Source of the DNA: Gemmatimonadota bacterium
GTDB lineage: Bacteria; 4572-55; J002
Assembly (NCBI GenBank): GCA_003697105.1
Contig: RFFQ01000193.1
Location: 1-33,769 of the forward strand
Length of the DNA stretch: 33,769 nucleotides
Reading direction: 5' to 3'
This document shows, piece by piece, positions 19,899-28,571 of this stretch. Under the pieces are notes generated by a model. The model was not told the origin of the DNA. It worked only from the letters and a program-made list of their open reading frames with translations, and did no database searches. Each line of letters opens with the position of its first letter. Positions within the stretch are counted from its first letter, which is position 1. The position numbers and the translations under genes were made by a program.

Positions 19899-20894
19899 TT
19901 ACATCATACCTAAATTCCGCAAATCCTCGCGGGGTTCATCAAAACTGCAACTCCCGTAGGAAATAAAATTTTCCCGCCGGAGTTGGATAATATCATCGAG
20001 TTCAATTAGCAGGTCATTCCACTCAAACACGGCGTTTGTAAACGTGAAATGTTCGGGGTGTTCATCCCGAAGGATGTCCATGATCTTTGTTTGGCTCAAG
20101 TTATGGACTGCCCCCAACAGGCCGGCACCAAACACATTCAAAAAGCCGTGCATCATGGTTTGCACTCCCGGGTTGAAGTGGCGTACCGGATGGTGCAATC
20201 CGGCGGTGAATTTCATGGGGATATTATGTTGCAAGCAAGCATAAATGGCATGAGCTACCCACTCCACCGGGGGAAACATGGCGGCATTTACCCCACCGCA
20301 CCGCAGTTTGAATCCGGCGCGATAGACCTCTAAGTGCTTGCCGGGTTTGACCACCCGGGTGTGCTGGGTGGCTAATCCGCTGACGGTCGCCTCAATAACG
20401 GCTTGCCAATCCTCCCCTAAAATTGGCTCGTAGAAGGGTGTCATCGGATGTTCCTCTTCCAATTTATCGGCGACGTGTGTCAACATATCGTGAAGGGCGG
20501 CGGCGTTATGGGCGGCGGTCAGTTGTTGGGGTAACTTCACTTCCAGTACATCGGCAACGACATGTGGCTGGTGACGGTCTTCAAACTCTTGGATGGCTTG
20601 TAGATCGGCATCCAGACCGTCCATAAATTGCTCGGCGGTTTCCCCGCCCTGTCCTAAAATGGAAAAATGAAGTGTTTTTGGTGCGTTGCTCAGTTGGTCT
20701 CCGGCGACTTCGCTCAGTTCGACCAAACGGGTTGCCGGGCAGATAAAGCGAGAGATCATCCACTGATCTGCCCCCTGAATGTAGCGCAAATAGTTGCGGA
20801 TTGCTGGTTCCATATCCAGCTTTGCCGGCGGGAACAGCCCCGCATAGTCAATCAGCTTATGCATAAAAGCGGTAAAACTTTTGGTATGGGTCAT
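19899..20894 (-). CDS. Conserved hypothetical protein adjacent to fahA
   Basis: Motif blocks [45 protein letters not shown] 20894 with GAGGAG SD. Confidence 0.8.
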   Translation of the reverse strand: MTHTKSFTAFMHKLIDYAGLFPPAKLDMEPAIRNYLRYIQGADQWMISRFICPATRLVELSEVAGDQLSNAPKTLHFSILGQGGETAEQFMDGLDADLQAIQEFEDRHQPHVVADVLEVKLPQQLTAAHNAAALHDMLTHVADKLEEEHPMTPFYEPILGEDWQAVIEATVSGLATQHTRVVKPGKHLEVYRAGFKLRCGGVNAAMFPPVEWVAHAIYACLQHNIPMKFTAGLHHPVRHFNPGVQTMMHGFLNVFGAGLLGAVHNLSQTKIMDILRDEHPEHFTFTNAVFEWNDLLIELDDIIQLRRENFISYGSCSFDEPREDLRNLGMM

Positions 20895-20930
20895 AGTTGG
20901 CTCCTCACTCATTCCGAAAATTTTAGAAGG

Positions 20931-21950
20931 TTATCCCAATCCTTTGCGCAATTTTTCACGTTCGTCAGGGGTGGTCATAAAAATTAGGGTTGTATCCGGT
21001 GCTAAGATTTGATCCCGGCGGGGATTGTGTACCCAGCCCGCCCCGGTTTTGAGGGCGATCAACAGAGAACTAGGGTAGTTTTGCAACTGTAAATGGCAAA
21101 TGGGTTGACCCACTGCTCCCGGCGGTACGGCAATCTCCTCCACCCGTAGATTTTTATTTTTATCGCGGAGCATGGTATCCAAAAAAGAGACGACCGTTGG
21201 GCGAAGCATCTCCGACGCCATTCGCAGACCGCCGATAAATGCGGTTGAAATCACAGAATCGGCGCCGGCTTTCCGCATTTTTTCCACATTTCGCGGCTCT
21301 TGGCAACGGGCAACCACCCGAATACGGGGGTTCAGGTGCTTGGCGGTTAGGCTGATTACCAAATTCCGGCTGTCATCATCCGTTGCCGCGAACACACCCC
21401 GTGCCCGCTTGACCCCAGCATGAAGCAATACCTCATCATCGGTGGCATCACCACGCAGATAGATTTCCTCTGGAAATAGGATTAAAATCTGCTTGATAGC
21501 ATTTTCATCGGTATCGACAATTAACGTGGAATGGTGAGTGGATTCTAATTCATTCAAAATATGCAGACCCACCCGCCCAATACCGCAAATAATGTAGTGA
21601 TCTTTCAATGTCTTAATGCGTTGTTCCATCTTTTTTTGTTTGAATGTCTCTTGAAGGTCACCTTCGACAATTAGTGCGGTAAAATTTGAGAGGATATACG
21701 TGACAGTGCCAATCCCCATAAAGGCAATGACGATAGTAAAAACCCGACCATTGGGATGCAGATCGAGATTGATGGTTTCACCGTACCCGATGGTCAAAAT
21801 GGTAATGGCCGTCATGTAAAAACAGTCAAAAAGGGAATAATCACCTTCACCAATATACCAGTAGCCGAATGTGCCCAACAGCAATACATTGATCAATACC
21901 ACACCTGCCAGAATGAACCGGCGGTAAATCGGGGGGGTTATGTCGTGCAT
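20931..21950 (-). CDS. Two-TM potassium channel with RCK (TrkA-N/TrkA-C) domains
   Basis: Filter TILTIGYGE between two TM helices; HYIICGIGRVG Rossmann motif; GDAT. Confidence 0.92.
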   Translation of the reverse strand: MHDITPPIYRRFILAGVVLINVLLLGTFGYWYIGEGDYSLFDCFYMTAITILTIGYGETINLDLHPNGRVFTIVIAFMGIGTVTYILSNFTALIVEGDLQETFKQKKMEQRIKTLKDHYIICGIGRVGLHILNELESTHHSTLIVDTDENAIKQILILFPEEIYLRGDATDDEVLLHAGVKRARGVFAATDDDSRNLVISLTAKHLNPRIRVVARCQEPRNVEKMRKAGADSVISTAFIGGLRMASEMLRPTVVSFLDTMLRDKNKNLRVEEIAVPPGAVGQPICHLQLQNYPSSLLIALKTGAGWVHNPRRDQILAPDTTLIFMTTPDEREKLRKGLG

Positions 21951-22031
21951 TCAATATCCTTTTTGCTGAATTCCACACGAGATCAATAAATAGCACAGAC
22001 GAAGACGAATTTCAAGCCTATTTTACAGCTA

Positions 22032-22061
22032 TTGACTTTTCACTGGGTTTTTCCCTATACT
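22032..22061 (+). promoter_or_regulatory. Putative sigma70 promoter of the GTPase operon
   Basis: TTGACT (22032-22037), 18-nt spacer, TATACT (22056-22061), about 50 nt before ATG 22110. Confidence 0.6.
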
Positions 22062-22109
22062 CTAATCATCTGGCCTCTCGCCCAACCTATACGAATTGAT
22101 AATTTGGTT

Positions 22110-23096
22110 ATGATTTGCCCATTTTGTCTTGATGCTGTTACATTTGCTCGTGATAAATCCCGACGAGGGTACGCAATGGCATATCGTTGCCCCAGTTGTG
22201 GGGAGCGGGCGCCGGCGCTTTATGTGCGGGAATACAAAGCGTTTCCGCCGGTAGTACTCAACGCCGTCGGTTTCCGGCAGCATGGCAAAACGGTCTATTT
22301 TGCGGCACTTTTCTACGCCTTGAAAAAACTCCGTCTGGCGAGTCATTGGGACGATTTTTTCACGATGAGCCTGGATGAGGACAGTCTCAACACCGTTTAT
22401 GAAAATATGCGGTTGCTCGAAGCGGGTCGCTTGCCGAATGCGACCCCGCGCAATTTCCCGCGACCCACGATGTTACGGGTGTATGGTGTACCCTTTCAAC
22501 CGAGTTATACCTTGCTTTGCTATGATACCGGTGGCGAATGCTTTGAAAAACCGAACCAATTGGTACAATTTGCTGGCTTTGTCCGGCGGGCAAAAGCGGT
22601 ACTCTTTTTGATGAGTTTAGGGGATATGAAGGATGCCAATGCCGAAGCATATCGCTTGCTCAACACCTACCTCATCGGAATGGGTGAACTGGGTGGTAAT
22701 ACCCACAACCAACATCTGATCGTGGTCTGCACGAAAGCAGATCAGCTTGTGGATAAATTACCGGAGGACGTCGTTGATTATCTGATTCATGGGACGGTAA
22801 AAGGATTGATCCAGCATGATAATTACATGACGACCCTGTACCAGATGTCAACGAGATTGCGCACGTATATCCAAAATACGGTGGGAGCGTATGAATTTTT
22901 GAATGCCGCTGATGCACATTTTAAATCTGTCAATTTCTCCGTGATTTCTGCTTTGGGTGCCGCCCCAGAAGGTTCGCGGCTACCCGTCGAGATCGTCCCG
23001 CGTCGGGTTTTTGACCCCCTTTTTTGGGCGATGGAAAAATCACGGATGACATGGAAAGACCGTCTTTACGGTCTGTTTCGAGGAAGGAAAACGTGA
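22110..23096 (+). CDS. Zn-ribbon-fused TRAFAC-class P-loop GTPase (DO-GTPase2-like)
   Basis: N-terminal CPFC...CPSC; G1 GFRQHGKT, G2 Thr in NATP, G3 DTGGE, G4 TKAD, G5 SALG. Confidence 0.85.
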   Translation: MICPFCLDAVTFARDKSRRGYAMAYRCPSCGERAPALYVREYKAFPPVVLNAVGFRQHGKTVYFAALFYALKKLRLASHWDDFFTMSLDEDSLNTVYENMRLLEAGRLPNATPRNFPRPTMLRVYGVPFQPSYTLLCYDTGGECFEKPNQLVQFAGFVRRAKAVLFLMSLGDMKDANAEAYRLLNTYLIGMGELGGNTHNQHLIVVCTKADQLVDKLPEDVVDYLIHGTVKGLIQHDNYMTTLYQMSTRLRTYIQNTVGAYEFLNAADAHFKSVNFSVISALGAAPEGSRLPVEIVPRRVFDPLFWAMEKSRMTWKDRLYGLFRGRKT

Positions 23097-23719
23097 TGAT
23101 CCTCCGTTGTGATAAAACTGGTTTTCCACTCGTCTCGTTGCGGAGCGGAATTGATATGCAACTGTTACCGGTGACGAAAGCTCAGTTTGACGCCTTTTTA
23201 GTAGAATCGCCTGATTTCCCACCCGAAGCCTATGCACAAATGATGGCGCTCAATCCTCCTCTCGAACTAGGTCAGCTTACCGCTGAAAATCGGGAACAGA
23301 TATTTTTAACCGGAATTCTGCCAGAAGAGGCGCTCCAATTTGCCCAATGGCTCGGTGAGGGTTACGATTTTCCTACTGTCGAAGAATGGCGGGGAATGTA
23401 CGATGACCTGTTGCTAGAGGTGGGATCATTCGATTACCTTCAACAGTTACCCGAACAGTGTGAATCGGCAATGGCACGAGACATTCTTCGGCGGCTAATC
23501 AATCAGATTCAACCCTATTCGCTAATGGACATCTCGTTGTTGAGACAAGGTGTGGTAGAATGGGTGCACACTTCGAAGCATCCGGGCGATTTTGCCGGAT
23601 TGGGTACACCGCGCCCTCAATTCCAACCCAATTTATACGATCCCCTTAATGATGTCGTACGCCCGCTTTCGCGCGAAAATCGCATTAAATATTTTGGTTT
23701 TCGTCTTATCCACCGTTGA
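23096..23719 (+). CDS. Divergent FGE/SUMF1 (FGE-sulfatase)-fold protein
   Basis: PVTKAQFDAF, EEALQFAQWL..YDFPTVEEW, GVVEWV and terminal GFRL mirror the FGE-sulfatase blocks; TGATG overlap with the GTPase stop. Confidence 0.7.
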   Translation: MILRCDKTGFPLVSLRSGIDMQLLPVTKAQFDAFLVESPDFPPEAYAQMMALNPPLELGQLTAENREQIFLTGILPEEALQFAQWLGEGYDFPTVEEWRGMYDDLLLEVGSFDYLQQLPEQCESAMARDILRRLINQIQPYSLMDISLLRQGVVEWVHTSKHPGDFAGLGTPRPQFQPNLYDPLNDVVRPLSRENRIKYFGFRLIHR

Positions 23720-23737
23720 TTATCTGAGGAGACCGGC

Positions 23738-25072
23738 ATGGCTCTGGAAGGCATCCTCGCCCAATTGCAACACCCGGCTTGGCATATTCGCCAGCAAGCA
23801 TTGCAAACGGTTTGCGGGGACCCCCAACCAGACTGGATTCCCCGCCTCCTGCCGCATCTCAACCACCCAGACTGGAAAATCCGCGATTGTTTGCATACCG
23901 CTTTGACCCAGCTGTGCCGCCAGCTTGAGCCGCCGGATCACGCGGTGATTGTCGGGCAGTTATTGCCCTATTTGAGTGACCCACATCTGACCGTCCAACG
24001 GGCGGTCTGTGAAGCCCTTGCTTATCTGCCTGACCCCCGTACCATTGCCCCCATCCGCCGCTACCTGACCCATCCCGACCCGTATCTGCGGCGAACCGCT
24101 TGTGACGTTCTCGGCCAGTGGGGTGACCCCCTATTCATTCCAGATTTTGCCGCTTGCCTATCTGATGAAGACGAAGCGGTACGCTATTTGGCAGTGCTTC
24201 AATTGGTACAATTTGACCTGCCGGATGCCTTACAGGCGCTTCTTCGCGCTGTGGATGACCCTTTCCCGCGTACGCGAGAGATGGTTGCCGCATATCTAGG
24301 CAACGTGGGCGGCGATGCTGCCATACACGCGTTGATCCACATGGTAGAAGATATAGACCGGCTCGTGCGCCGTCAGGCTGTGGCGGCACTCGGTCAGGTG
24401 GCTGATTTGCGGGCAACAAACCCGCTTTTAGAACGATTGAATGATAATGATCTCGCCGTCCAGCGCGCCGCCGCCGAAGCTTTGATCCAACTGGGGAGTG
24501 TATCTGTACTGGAACAGATGCTACGGCGCTATCATTATGATGAGATCGAACGGGTGATTCAAGGTCTCCGGCACATGAGCAACCGCCTGAAGCCGCATTA
24601 TCCGAATTTAATTTGCCTTGATTGTCTGACTCGCTTCCGCTGGCGGGGACTCTACAGTGGATTCCATTATTACGGGCGTTTTTTGTGTTGCCGTACGTGT
24701 GGGCGATTGAATACGGCGCGCACTCAAATAACGGAAGTCGTCGCCGTGTTTGACCTTTCTCGCTCAGACCCACGCTGGCAGGATGACGATCGGTTGTACA
24801 TCAATGTCCAGATCGATCCCCAGTTGTACGATTTTGATCGCGTCGAGATTCTCAACACCACCGACGAGGCCGTTGAGGCATTTTGTATCCGGGTAAAGAA
24901 TGACGAGGACGAATTTAGACGACCTAACTATCGCAAAATTCCGGTTTTCGTGCATTGCCCCTTAACCGAAAATACAATGATATGCCGCTTACAATCTTCC
25001 GCTGGTATAACCGGCGATACGATTCGCATCCTGAAACATACCTTCGGTACCGTGGAAGTGATCGAACCATGA
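23738..25072 (+). CDS. HEAT-repeat protein with C-terminal Zn-ribbon domain (paralog 1)
   Basis: About 8 PBS-lyase-type HEAT repeats (L.D.D..VR..A..AL), then CLDC...CRTC and a conserved tail; GAGGAG SD. Confidence 0.85.
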   Translation: MALEGILAQLQHPAWHIRQQALQTVCGDPQPDWIPRLLPHLNHPDWKIRDCLHTALTQLCRQLEPPDHAVIVGQLLPYLSDPHLTVQRAVCEALAYLPDPRTIAPIRRYLTHPDPYLRRTACDVLGQWGDPLFIPDFAACLSDEDEAVRYLAVLQLVQFDLPDALQALLRAVDDPFPRTREMVAAYLGNVGGDAAIHALIHMVEDIDRLVRRQAVAALGQVADLRATNPLLERLNDNDLAVQRAAAEALIQLGSVSVLEQMLRRYHYDEIERVIQGLRHMSNRLKPHYPNLICLDCLTRFRWRGLYSGFHYYGRFLCCRTCGRLNTARTQITEVVAVFDLSRSDPRWQDDDRLYINVQIDPQLYDFDRVEILNTTDEAVEAFCIRVKNDEDEFRRPNYRKIPVFVHCPLTENTMICRLQSSAGITGDTIRILKHTFGTVEVIEP

Positions 25073-26295
25073 GCTTGTTTTGGACCTTGTTACGCCTCAA
25101 GAGTCTCTTCCAGCGAACCCGGGCAAAGGCGTGCCGCCAACTAGCACAATTAAAGATTTCACCGGAAAAAATCCGCAAAAAGGTTATCCCCAAACTGGCG
25201 GATATTCTGGTTTATGAGGGTCGAAACGAGGTCATACGTGCCGCAGAGGATACCTTGAAACATTTTAAACAGGCAGGCTATGAACAAGAGGTTTTGGAAG
25301 AACTCCTGAACAACCTCAATCCATATTCCCCAGCACTCAATGAAGAACGGTTGGAACGGATTGAACACGTCGCGGAAACCCCAATCCAAGACTTGCTGGT
25401 ACGCTTTGTGGAACATGGTTCTTCCCCGAAATTACGCAGTAAAGTTGGATTGGTGGCGGCATGGCGCTCACAAAACTTTGCGATCCTCAAACCCATTTTG
25501 ACTGAATTGGCGGATTGGAACCCCTATTGGGATGCGTTCCAGCACTTGCTATGGAATGCCCTAAACGACGACGATACCCGGGAACCGGTGATTGACTTCT
25601 TGATCGAGGTCGTACAAAAAGAATCCTCTTACCGGTTGCGCTCTTTGGGGTACTATCTGTTGGGTCAATCCAGAGCTCGCCGGGTGATCCCCGTCCTGCT
25701 AGACCGCTTGAAAACAGAGCGCGATGACGCCACCATGTATGCGCTGGTCAAGGCATTTGAGGCGTTAGGAGACCCGCGGGTTATTCGCCCGCTCATCGAT
25801 TTTGGAAAGCGTGAGTATCTGATGGTGAGCCATGTCAATAAAGTGGCTCATAATCTGAGCCGGAAAATCCATCCGCACCGCAAAACGTTGCTTTGCCGGA
25901 ACTGTCTCACCCGCTACACGGAAGATTTTTCTGCCCTTGGTGGTTTACCGGTATTGCTTTGCCGGAATTGTGGGGATTCGATGGCGTTGCTCATCGGGGT
26001 GGAAACGGTTGTCGCGGTGTTGGATGTGGATGCTACGCTGGAAATCCCCCCGGACGACGTGCCGGCGGTATTACGTATCAATTATGTGAAGGAAGACCGG
26101 CTATTTGACTTTGATTGCATCCAAATTATCAACGCACCCGATATGGTGGTAGAGCGATTTTGCATCCGAGCCGGTAATGATGAGGATCGCTTCCGGCGCA
26201 AACGCTACAAAAAAATTCCATGTGAGGTGCGATGTCACCTCCTGCCGGGCACCATCAACATGCTAGAACGTATGTTTGGAGAGGTAACAACATGA
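25069..26295 (+). CDS. HEAT-repeat protein with C-terminal Zn-ribbon domain (paralog 2)
   Basis: Degenerate helical/HEAT repeats (ALGDPRVIRPLI), then CRNC...CRNC and the same tail as paralog 1; ATGA overlap at 25069-25072. Confidence 0.82.
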   Translation: MSLFWTLLRLKSLFQRTRAKACRQLAQLKISPEKIRKKVIPKLADILVYEGRNEVIRAAEDTLKHFKQAGYEQEVLEELLNNLNPYSPALNEERLERIEHVAETPIQDLLVRFVEHGSSPKLRSKVGLVAAWRSQNFAILKPILTELADWNPYWDAFQHLLWNALNDDDTREPVIDFLIEVVQKESSYRLRSLGYYLLGQSRARRVIPVLLDRLKTERDDATMYALVKAFEALGDPRVIRPLIDFGKREYLMVSHVNKVAHNLSRKIHPHRKTLLCRNCLTRYTEDFSALGGLPVLLCRNCGDSMALLIGVETVVAVLDVDATLEIPPDDVPAVLRINYVKEDRLFDFDCIQIINAPDMVVERFCIRAGNDEDRFRRKRYKKIPCEVRCHLLPGTINMLERMFGEVTT

Positions 26296-27923
26296 TCCTA
26301 AATGCCGCTCAATTGATTTATGCCAACGTCGAAGCGGAACAATCGCCGCAAAAACAAGGGGGATTTCAGACCCTATTTTATACCCACAGCCAGATCGACC
26401 CCGCCGAACGGGAAGAGATTGAGACGCGAATGCTTTACGTTCCATCGGAGGTGGAACCGGTGAAGTCCATCTTTTTCTGTACGGCGAGTGGAAAGGTGGT
26501 GATCGCCCGGATCGTCTCCCTGCCCGATCCCGATAGTGCCGGACGAAGTGGACGGTATTTAGGGCATTGTCTGGTTCTCCGGGCGGAGGATGCCACCCAA
26601 ATTGGGATAAATCCGTTTGATCTCTTCCGGTCTGCCCGGTTCTTCCACACTGTTGAAGCGGCATTGAACGCTGGCAATTTTGAAACCGGTAACATCCCGC
26701 CGCTTCCCCTGACGGTCAATCTAACAGAAAGTGACTTCACTCTGGCAAAACAGTGGTCACCGGCGGAACTCAAACGGCTCGTGTTGCTCTTTACCAGTGT
26801 GGAGCGGCAACTCGCCGACCGGCGCACCGTTGCCTTTATTGGAGACCCCGAAGCCGTTCTGCAAACGATTGAAGCCGGTTGGTTTGTCCTACCGGCGCAA
26901 TTACGCCGAAAATGCACGTTTGATACGTATTTTTACCGCTGTAATATTGTGGCAACGCCTTATTGGGGGATTGGGCTGTTGCACGCCACCGATAACCCGC
27001 GTTACAGCCTAGTGGATGTGGCGGCAAAGCAAGTGCGCCATTCTGTCATAGACCTGCCCCAAACTGCCTACGAATGTTGGGTGCTGTCATTGCTAGATCA
27101 ACAGCGGTGGTCTCGCATCGACCGGCACAAAGAGCAGGCATTTCGCCTCGGCAATTTCATCGATCAAGAGGAAGTCGCGCCGGAAATGTTAGACCACCTC
27201 CCAGATGAAATCATCCATGAAGTATTTCAGTTTAATGCGGATCGGGTGCGGCAGCGATTGTTGGCAAAAATACAGGAGAACTTTCCGGCGGAATTGGCTG
27301 GGCGGGTTGTCGAACCGATCCATCAGCAAAAGGATGCGACGCAATTATTGCACTTTTTGCGCAAGGGATTTGAGATTTCCTTTTTACTCGATATGCTGGA
27401 CCGGGTCTATTATGCCCAAAAGGACTCAGCGCCGGAAAAAGCGGAGAAAAACGCCCTAGCACGCCTCTTAAAAACGGAATCGCATGTTCGGTTGAATGCG
27501 CTTTTATTCGCTTGGAATGGCAAGGCGAATGCGTTGGCGAAGGTGCTCAGTGAGATGCCCACCAAGACCTATCAAGCTGTTGTTACTCGGGCAGTCGCCC
27601 ATCAGTGGGTTGAACGGGCGTCGCTGTTGTACGTGCGCGGGCGAGGTGAATATTTGTTACGAGCCTATCTGGCAGTCCTACCGGCAGAATACCCGGATGT
27701 CGTTGATGTCGTCAAAACATTGGTTCGGGCGAAGGACACCGCGTGCTTGACTCTATTGATCCCGCATCTGGAGCAGTTCGACCGCAAGACACAGGAAACG
27801 CTCACCAAATGGGAAGATGACCTCCCGCCGGATGTGCGGCAAGCACTGGCGGCAATCCTGCCCCCGAAAAAAACGGGTGTGTTGGCGAAGCTCCGCAACA
27901 TCCTCTCTGGATACCGCCCCTAA
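26292..27923 (+). CDS. GAP1-N2-like (GTPase-associated protein 1) domain protein with helical C-terminal region
   Basis: N-terminal QLIYAN...GGFQT and DSAGRSGRYLGHCL resemble the GAP1-N2 pattern; middle WFVLPAQLR..CTFDTY; ATGA overlap at 26292-26295. Confidence 0.72.
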   Translation: MILNAAQLIYANVEAEQSPQKQGGFQTLFYTHSQIDPAEREEIETRMLYVPSEVEPVKSIFFCTASGKVVIARIVSLPDPDSAGRSGRYLGHCLVLRAEDATQIGINPFDLFRSARFFHTVEAALNAGNFETGNIPPLPLTVNLTESDFTLAKQWSPAELKRLVLLFTSVERQLADRRTVAFIGDPEAVLQTIEAGWFVLPAQLRRKCTFDTYFYRCNIVATPYWGIGLLHATDNPRYSLVDVAAKQVRHSVIDLPQTAYECWVLSLLDQQRWSRIDRHKEQAFRLGNFIDQEEVAPEMLDHLPDEIIHEVFQFNADRVRQRLLAKIQENFPAELAGRVVEPIHQQKDATQLLHFLRKGFEISFLLDMLDRVYYAQKDSAPEKAEKNALARLLKTESHVRLNALLFAWNGKANALAKVLSEMPTKTYQAVVTRAVAHQWVERASLLYVRGRGEYLLRAYLAVLPAEYPDVVDVVKTLVRAKDTACLTLLIPHLEQFDRKTQETLTKWEDDLPPDVRQALAAILPPKKTGVLAKLRNILSGYRP

Positions 27924-28004
27924 AACCCACGTGACACCAACCAAAAAACGAGGACATTGCTTATTCCTCTAGCTTCGTACCGTATGATTCGCATCTTGTG
28001 GAAT

Positions 28005-28035
28005 AAAAAAGCCCCGCTCCGTTGGGGCGAGGCTT
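28005..28035 (-). terminator. Rho-independent terminator of the hsp20 cluster
   Basis: Minus strand AAGCCTCGCCCC-AAC-GGAGCGGGGC followed by T6. Confidence 0.75.
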
Positions 28036-28067
28036 CTGTTGGAGGTCATCGCAACGCGATGAGAGGG

Positions 28068-28571
28068 TTATTTGGAATTGATTTTAATTTTGTGGACGTT
28101 TTTCTTGGCTTCCGGGGTTTTGGGCAATTTGACTGTTAAGACCCCGTTTTTGAATTTCGCGTCCGCTTTATTCACGTCAATCTTGGTTGGTAGCGGAATA
28201 TCGCGCCGGAACGAGCCGTAGGAGCGTTCCATGCGGAAGTAGTTGTCACCTTTGTCTTCAAACTCCTGCTTTTTCTCGCCTTTAATGGTCAGGGTATCGT
28301 CGGAAAGTGACAGATCAATGTTGCTTTCATCCATGCCCGGCAATTCTGCCGATACGACGTATTCATTGTCATTTTCCGTAATGTCCACCGATGGGCTGAA
28401 ACCGCTCCAACCGCCTAAACGGCTTTCGTAAGGGGTAAGCCCGAACTCGTTAAACATCTCATCAAACATGCGATTCATTTCCCGCTGGAGCCGGAAAAAC
28501 GGACTTTCATCTTCCCAACGCGCGGGAGTTCGCTTCTGACCAAAGGTTGGAATTAAATCTCGAATAGCCAT
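28068..28571 (-). CDS. Small heat shock protein (Hsp20/alpha-crystallin)
   Basis: PSVDITE, AELPGM, ERSYGSFRR, AKFKNGVLTV.LPK. Confidence 0.95.
   Translation of the reverse strand: MAIRDLIPTFGQKRTPARWEDESPFFRLQREMNRMFDEMFNEFGLTPYESRLGGWSGFSPSVDITENDNEYVVSAELPGMDESNIDLSLSDDTLTIKGEKKQEFEDKGDNYFRMERSYGSFRRDIPLPTKIDVNKADAKFKNGVLTVKLPKTPEAKKNVHKIKINSK

Noticed and set aside
22032-22109. N-terminal extension of the GTPase from TTG 22032
   Set aside because: That TTG is the -35 box of the predicted promoter; the Zn ribbon starts at ATG 22110
24135-24773. 212-aa antisense ORF, and the many other 60-180 aa shadow ORFs in the track
   Set aside because: Nested in or antisense to well-supported genes, with no recognisable motifs
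24955-25068. Longer ORF-track starts for HEAT paralog 2 (and likewise 23024 and 26232 for neighbouring genes)
   Set aside because: They overlap upstream coding sequence; stop/start overlaps at 23096, 25069 and 26292 are better supported
24590-26295. DGR template/variable repeat pair in the two HEAT-gene tails
   Set aside because: Differences involve all bases and many synonymous sites rather than adenines only; no reverse transcriptase in the window
5374-27923. Genomic island integrated at tRNA-Leu carrying the GTPase operon
   Set aside because: No integrase or transposase, no second copy of the tRNA 3' end seen, and core genes lie in between
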